Source of the DNA: Bdellovibrionales bacterium | GTDB lineage: Bacteria > Bdellovibrionota > Bdellovibrionia > Bdellovibrionales > UBA1609 | Direction: 5' to 3' | NCBI GenBank assembly: GCA_965199825.1 | Contig: OZ241329.1 | Location: 800,001-864,000, forward strand | Length of the DNA: 64,000 bases | In this document: positions 59,515-64,000 of the stretch, piece by piece | Position numbering within the stretch: the first letter of the stretch is position 1 | Layout of the letters: each line of letters starts with the position of its first letter | Translations under genes and position numbers: made by a program | The notes under the pieces: model-generated | Told to the model about the DNA's origin: nothing | Database searches by the model: none | What the model saw: only the letters and a program-made list of their open reading frames with translations

Positions 59515-61514
59515 CATTTTATCAGATCGCGGTAGCCGCACCCATCGCCGATCTTTTGACCTACACCTCTGACCTCAACGAGACGCTTGTTGTTGGTCAA
59601 TCGGTCATTGTACCTTTAAGTTCGCGCAAAGTTGCGGGTGTGATCATCGCAATCACCGATGAAGCTCCGCCATTTAAGACAAAATCGATTTTAAGTCTCG
59701 ACAACGAGCGGCCAACTTTAAGCCAAAATTCTTTAGAGTGGCTCAAGTGGTTGTCCAGTTATTATATTTATCCTTTTGGCCAAGTGATTGATCTGAGTTT
59801 TCCACCACTAAAAAAAAGTACCCGCAAAAAAAAAGAAAACCAGATTTTTATTCCACAAGAACACACTCCGCCGCCACATCTTACGGTTGAACAAAAAAAT
59901 GTTTTGTCGGCGATCAATCAAACCAAAGGATTTCAGACCCATCTTTTGTTTGGGGTGACGGGCTCGGGTAAAACCGAAGTGTATCTGCAGCTGCTCTATG
60001 AGGTTTTAAAAAATAATGGATCTGGATTGGTTTTGGTTCCAGAGATTTCTTTAACGCCCCAATTGATCGCTCGTTTTGCCGAGCGCTTTCCTGATGAGGT
60101 TGCGGTGATCCACTCGCATTTGACCGAGCGAGAAAAAACCGAGCAGTGGTGGCAAGCCTACTCAGGCCAAAAGAAAATTCTGGTTGGGGCGCGCTCAGCT
60201 CTATTTTGTCCACTTCCTAATTTAAAATTGATTGTGTTGGACGAAGAGCACGAGCCCAGTTTTAAGCAAGACGAAAAATTAAAATACCACGCGCGCGACA
60301 GTGCGGTGATGCTCGCAAAAATTTTGGATATTCCGGTTGTGCTTGGCTCAGCCACTCCCAGTCTCGAAACTTTTAAGCGCGCAAGCGATGGCTTTTACCA
60401 TCTTCACCAAATGAAAAACCGTGTGGAGGATCGAAGCCTCCCCTTAATGTATGTGAATGACCTGCGCCTTGAGCGGTCACAGCGCAAAGAGCAAACAAGT
60501 GAAATTCCCTACTGGTTAAGCGAACAGCTCTACGATGAATTGCTCGCAACACTTTCGCGCAACGAACAAAGCGCCTTATTTTTAAATCGGCGTGGACTTG
60601 CCCAGGTTGCACTATGTGAGAGCTGTGGGTTTACTTACGAATGCCCCAACTGCGCAATTTCTCTCACTGTTCATCATCAAACACATCTTGTTTGTCACTA
60701 CTGTGATTACGCAACCGAACTCAAAGTGAAATGCTCGTCTTGTCACGAAGGCGAGATCAAACCTTTGGGACTCGGTACCGAGCGTGTTGAAAACGATATT
60801 AAAAAACTTTTTCCCCAAGCTCGCGTGGCAAGAGCCGATCGGGATGAGATTCAAAATCGCGAAGACCTCAACAATTTAATTACCGACATGGAACGGGGTG
60901 AAATCGATATTTTGATTGGCACCCAGATGATTGCAAAGGGTCTTGATTTTCCAAAACTGACATTAGTGGGATTGGTTATGGCCGATGTTGGATTTCACTT
61001 ACCCGATTTTAGAGCGAGCGAGCGCAGCTTTCAACTCATCACCCAAGTTGCGGGACGTGCAGGTCGCCACTCAAAAAATCCGGGACGGGTGATAATTCAA
61101 ACCTATGATCCTGACCATATCAGCGTGATTGAATCAAAAAATGCCGACTACTTAAAATTTGCGGCTCAAGAACTCACCTCACGAAAACAATTGCGCTATC
61201 CTCCCTTTGGAAAATTGGCTTTGGTGCGCTTTCAGGGATTGAGTTTGTCGGTCACCGAGAGTTGTGCAGAAAGATTTATCAACCGTGTGCACACCCTAAA
61301 AAATCAGCGACCAGAGTTTGGCGATATTCAGGCCCTTGGTCCAGCTCCCTCGCCATTGTCTCGATTAAGGGGAAAATATCGCTTTCAGGTTTTAATCAAA
61401 AGCCCAGAACACAAATTGCTCAATCGGTTTTGTCGGCTGATTATTTCTGATGGCAAATGGGTTTCTAGCGGGGTCAAACTTCAAATTGATGTGGACCCAA
61501 TTAATATGATGTAG
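59511..61514 (+). CDS. priA: Primosomal protein N' (replication restart helicase)
   Basis: GVTGSGKTEVY, LVPEISLTPQ, DEEHE, LGSATPSLE, Cys-rich Zn motifs, GTQMIAKGLDF, QVAGRAGR. Confidence 0.96.
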   Translation: MTFYQIAVAAPIADLLTYTSDLNETLVVGQSVIVPLSSRKVAGVIIAITDEAPPFKTKSILSLDNERPTLSQNSLEWLKWLSSYYIYPFGQVIDLSFPPLKKSTRKKKENQIFIPQEHTPPPHLTVEQKNVLSAINQTKGFQTHLLFGVTGSGKTEVYLQLLYEVLKNNGSGLVLVPEISLTPQLIARFAERFPDEVAVIHSHLTEREKTEQWWQAYSGQKKILVGARSALFCPLPNLKLIVLDEEHEPSFKQDEKLKYHARDSAVMLAKILDIPVVLGSATPSLETFKRASDGFYHLHQMKNRVEDRSLPLMYVNDLRLERSQRKEQTSEIPYWLSEQLYDELLATLSRNEQSALFLNRRGLAQVALCESCGFTYECPNCAISLTVHHQTHLVCHYCDYATELKVKCSSCHEGEIKPLGLGTERVENDIKKLFPQARVARADRDEIQNREDLNNLITDMERGEIDILIGTQMIAKGLDFPKLTLVGLVMADVGFHLPDFRASERSFQLITQVAGRAGRHSKNPGRVIIQTYDPDHISVIESKNADYLKFAAQELTSRKQLRYPPFGKLALVRFQGLSLSVTESCAERFINRVHTLKNQRPEFGDIQALGPAPSPLSRLRGKYRFQVLIKSPEHKLLNRFCRLIISDGKWVSSGVKLQIDVDPINMM

Positions 61515-61527
61515 GCTCAATGTACTC

Positions 61528-62397
61528 ATGAAAGATTCTGTTCAATGTCCACGCTGTGGCAAAACCGTTGATCATCTGCAGGCTGTCGACACCGCCTTGC
61601 GCGTTTCGCTCGAAACCACCAACATGGAAACTCGCCTGCCCCCCTCAGTCTGTGTCAATTGCTATAGCGAACTGACAAGCTCTGTTTCACAAGGACTCAA
61701 ACTGCGTATCGAGGCCGAGCAGCGCGAAAAAAATAAGATGACCATGTGGAAGCACCGAGTGGAGCTGGTCAAACAGGCGCGCCAGCACATGCTCTACAAA
61801 GGATATTCTGAAGCCGCAGTTCTTTATGAAAAATACTTAAGAGTGATCGAACTTGTTTATAACAAAAAAAAGGGCGAGCTTTCGCCAGAGATCTTTAACA
61901 ACTCAAAACATTCAAAAGAACTTAATGTGATTGCGGCGGTCTATTGGGATTTGCTTCGCATCTATGACAGCTCGCCTCGTCATATGACTCGAATGCAAGA
62001 AACCGCAGATATGCTTGCGAGGTTTTTGCCGCACTCCCATCTGTATCCACATATCGCGCGCAAGGCCGATCAGTTTTTGGCCCAATCAAATAACCCAGAA
62101 ATTATTCGCCAATTTATGATTGCGGTAAAAGCAAAAATTGGTCGTTGTTTTATTGCAACCGCTGCATTCGAAAATTCTTTGACCGAAGAGATTTTATTTT
62201 TACAAAATTTTCGCGATCAAAAATTAAAATCAAATGCCCTCGGCCGAAGGTTCATCAAATTTTATTATAAGGTCTCGCCATCAATCGCCCTGTTCATCGC
62301 GCGCCACTCAATTTTGCGGATGCTCACTCGTTGGGGAATAAAACAATTGATTTCCTTTATTAAACTCGTGATCTTCATTTTATGTTGGACATCTTAG
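61528..62397 (+). CDS. Zn-ribbon / CFI-box-CTERM domain protein
   Basis: N-terminal CPRC...CVNC; C-terminal CFIATAAF...FRDQKL...GRRFIKFYYKVSP. Confidence 0.8.
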   Translation: MKDSVQCPRCGKTVDHLQAVDTALRVSLETTNMETRLPPSVCVNCYSELTSSVSQGLKLRIEAEQREKNKMTMWKHRVELVKQARQHMLYKGYSEAAVLYEKYLRVIELVYNKKKGELSPEIFNNSKHSKELNVIAAVYWDLLRIYDSSPRHMTRMQETADMLARFLPHSHLYPHIARKADQFLAQSNNPEIIRQFMIAVKAKIGRCFIATAAFENSLTEEILFLQNFRDQKLKSNALGRRFIKFYYKVSPSIALFIARHSILRMLTRWGIKQLISFIKLVIFILCWTS

Positions 62398-63458
62398 TAA
62401 TTGGTTCTGGGCTTAGCGGCCTGATCGCGGCCACCGCATTAAAACAAAAAGGCCTTTCGGTTCATGTGATTGAGGCGCTTGATTTGTGCGGCGGATGTTT
62501 AAAGCCGATTGAGGTCAAGGGACATCGACTGTTGCCAGGATTGCAATTTGCGAATAGCTCCGACATTCATTCGATTTTAGAACTCCAAACTCTTTTGCAA
62601 ACCGAAATTGACCCGCAAGTGGAAGAAGCTCGATCTCTCACTTACGACGCTGGACAGTTTAAAACTTTTTTAAGTTTTGGAGACGAATCTACCGCGGTGA
62701 TTGACGAGCTTACCCAATTCAATGTGGGCCAGCGCCTTCATCTTAAAAGTACTCCTGATATTTGGATTCAGAAATTGCTTGAGCACTTAACTCCAAAAGA
62801 GATTTCACCCCTCACTCAACTGACCCAATTTGAAATTGAAAATGGACAAATCAAAGGTGTTCAAGTGAACGGGGCTAAAACCTTGAGCGCCAAAAATTAT
62901 ATCTACACCGGCGCTTTAACTTCACTCGAAAAATTATTGCCCGAAAATACATTAAACCCAAAAACTCGGGCTCGCTTGGTCAAATCAAAAGGGCTCAGCT
63001 CAATTTCGCTGCATCTTGCCCATAGCGCAAAACAAACCGACGAAATGGGATTTCATTTTTTAACCGGCCAACCCTTTCAACCCTTTGTGGGCCGATTTTT
63101 TGGCGAAGACAATGGCATCCAAAAATCAACCTGGATGGCTCTTGTGACCGATGACCAAAGTGATGAAGAGTCAGTTGCCGACACTCTTCGCTACATGAAA
63201 CGCCAAATCAAACGGGCTTATCCTCAGGCTTTTGAAACCGTAGTGGCAGAAAAATTGATCGTCACCGAAGACAGTCACGGCTCATTTCAAAAACTAAAAG
63301 AGCCTGGGGTATTCTCAGAAATACAAAATTTATTTATTGGAACCTCAAGGACTTCGGCTCATGCAGGGCTGACCTCAGCAGTGTCAAAAGGGTTTGCTGC
63401 CGCCACTTGGGCCGCTCCTAGTGAAGTTAAAACCGTTGCCGCCTCATCCAGCCTATGA
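62382..63458 (+). CDS. FAD/NAD(P)-binding oxidoreductase-fold protein
   Basis: ILVIGSGLSGL..A..L...G..V.VIEA....GG Rossmann motif. Confidence 0.75.
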   Translation: MLDILVIGSGLSGLIAATALKQKGLSVHVIEALDLCGGCLKPIEVKGHRLLPGLQFANSSDIHSILELQTLLQTEIDPQVEEARSLTYDAGQFKTFLSFGDESTAVIDELTQFNVGQRLHLKSTPDIWIQKLLEHLTPKEISPLTQLTQFEIENGQIKGVQVNGAKTLSAKNYIYTGALTSLEKLLPENTLNPKTRARLVKSKGLSSISLHLAHSAKQTDEMGFHFLTGQPFQPFVGRFFGEDNGIQKSTWMALVTDDQSDEESVADTLRYMKRQIKRAYPQAFETVVAEKLIVTEDSHGSFQKLKEPGVFSEIQNLFIGTSRTSAHAGLTSAVSKGFAAATWAAPSEVKTVAASSSL

Positions 63459-63561
63459 TATTCCGGCTCAACTAATTACACACTTCCTGTGTCGATGATT
63501 CTGGTCTTTAAATTTTTAAAGCAATTATCACGGGAAGGCGGACAAACCAGAGAGGATCCCT
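63455..63561 (+). promoter_or_regulatory. rpsB promoter / structured 5' leader (putative S2 autoregulatory element)
   Basis: TATGAT -10-like hexamer at 63455; CTTCCTGTG (63483) can pair with CACGGGAAG (63529) around an inner CTTTAAA/TTTAAAG hairpin; RBS GAGG. Confidence 0.5.
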
Positions 63562-64000
63562 ATGGCAATGATCACAATGAAAGAGATGTTGGATGCCGGT
63601 GTGCATTTTGGCCACCAAACCCAACGTTGGAACCCAAAAATGAAGCCCTACGTCTACACAGACCGAGGCGGCATTCATATTATCGATCTGCAAAAATCGG
63701 TAGTGAACGCAAAACGTGCTGCCGAATTTGTACGTAAAGTCGCCTCAGAAGGCGGACGTATGATTTTTGTGGGCACAAAAAAACAAGCTGTTGAGCCAAT
63801 CAAAGAAGCCGCCGAAAAATGCGGTCAATTTCATGTCACAAAACGTTGGCTTGGTGGAATGCTCACAAATTTCCAAACTATCAAAACAAGCATCGATCGC
63901 TTAAAGCGGATTGATCAGATGCGTGAAAAAGGCGAGCTCGAATATTTTTCTAAAAAAGAACGCTCACGTATCGAAAAAGAATATGTTCGTTTAAGTGATT
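63562..64000 (+). CDS. rpsB: 30S ribosomal protein S2 (5' part; runs off the window)
   Basis: Manual translation: [46 protein letters not shown]...FVGTKKQA...[10 protein letters not shown]. Confidence 0.97.
   Translation, partial: MAMITMKEMLDAGVHFGHQTQRWNPKMKPYVYTDRGGIHIIDLQKSVVNAKRAAEFVRKVASEGGRMIFVGTKKQAVEPIKEAAEKCGQFHVTKRWLGGMLTNFQTIKTSIDRLKRIDQMREKGELEYFSKKERSRIEKEYVRLSD

Overview
This is an AT-rich bacterial chromosomal window. Gene content (FQNC-type lipoprotein, PocR-sigma54 activator, Tad pseudopilin, CFI-box protein, many secreted hypotheticals) suggests a Bdellovibrionota-like organism; that assignment is inference. The housekeeping backbone comprises prkA-yhbH(DUF444)-spoVR, a TPR/LolB-like pair, lpoB, radC, mreB, glpD, pepP, tlyA-ispA-xseBA, PBP1A-uvrA-msbA, a UvrD helicase, amgK-murU, nagZ, galU, priA and the start of rpsB. 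The most striking unexplained structure is a repeated 'nuclease gene + upstream repeat field' architecture. (1) Three paralogous HNH endonuclease genes (4218-5042, 27474-28316, 40598-41266) each have an AT-rich leader with several copies of TCGTGCCC(GC), always in the same orientation relative to the gene. (2) The same motif recurs inside the HNH coding sequences in different frames and orientations, forming inverted repeats of up to 17 bp with the leader copies. (3) A fourth locus without an HNH gene (8624-9785) has the same motif field running into a 44-unit, 20-bp tandem array built on that motif. (4) A Y1/HUH (RAYT-like) transposase (53142-53684) has a parallel arrangement with its own ~75-bp-period repeat field. 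No rRNA, tRNA or cas genes were recognised. Product calls come from motif recognition in the translations, not from database searches.
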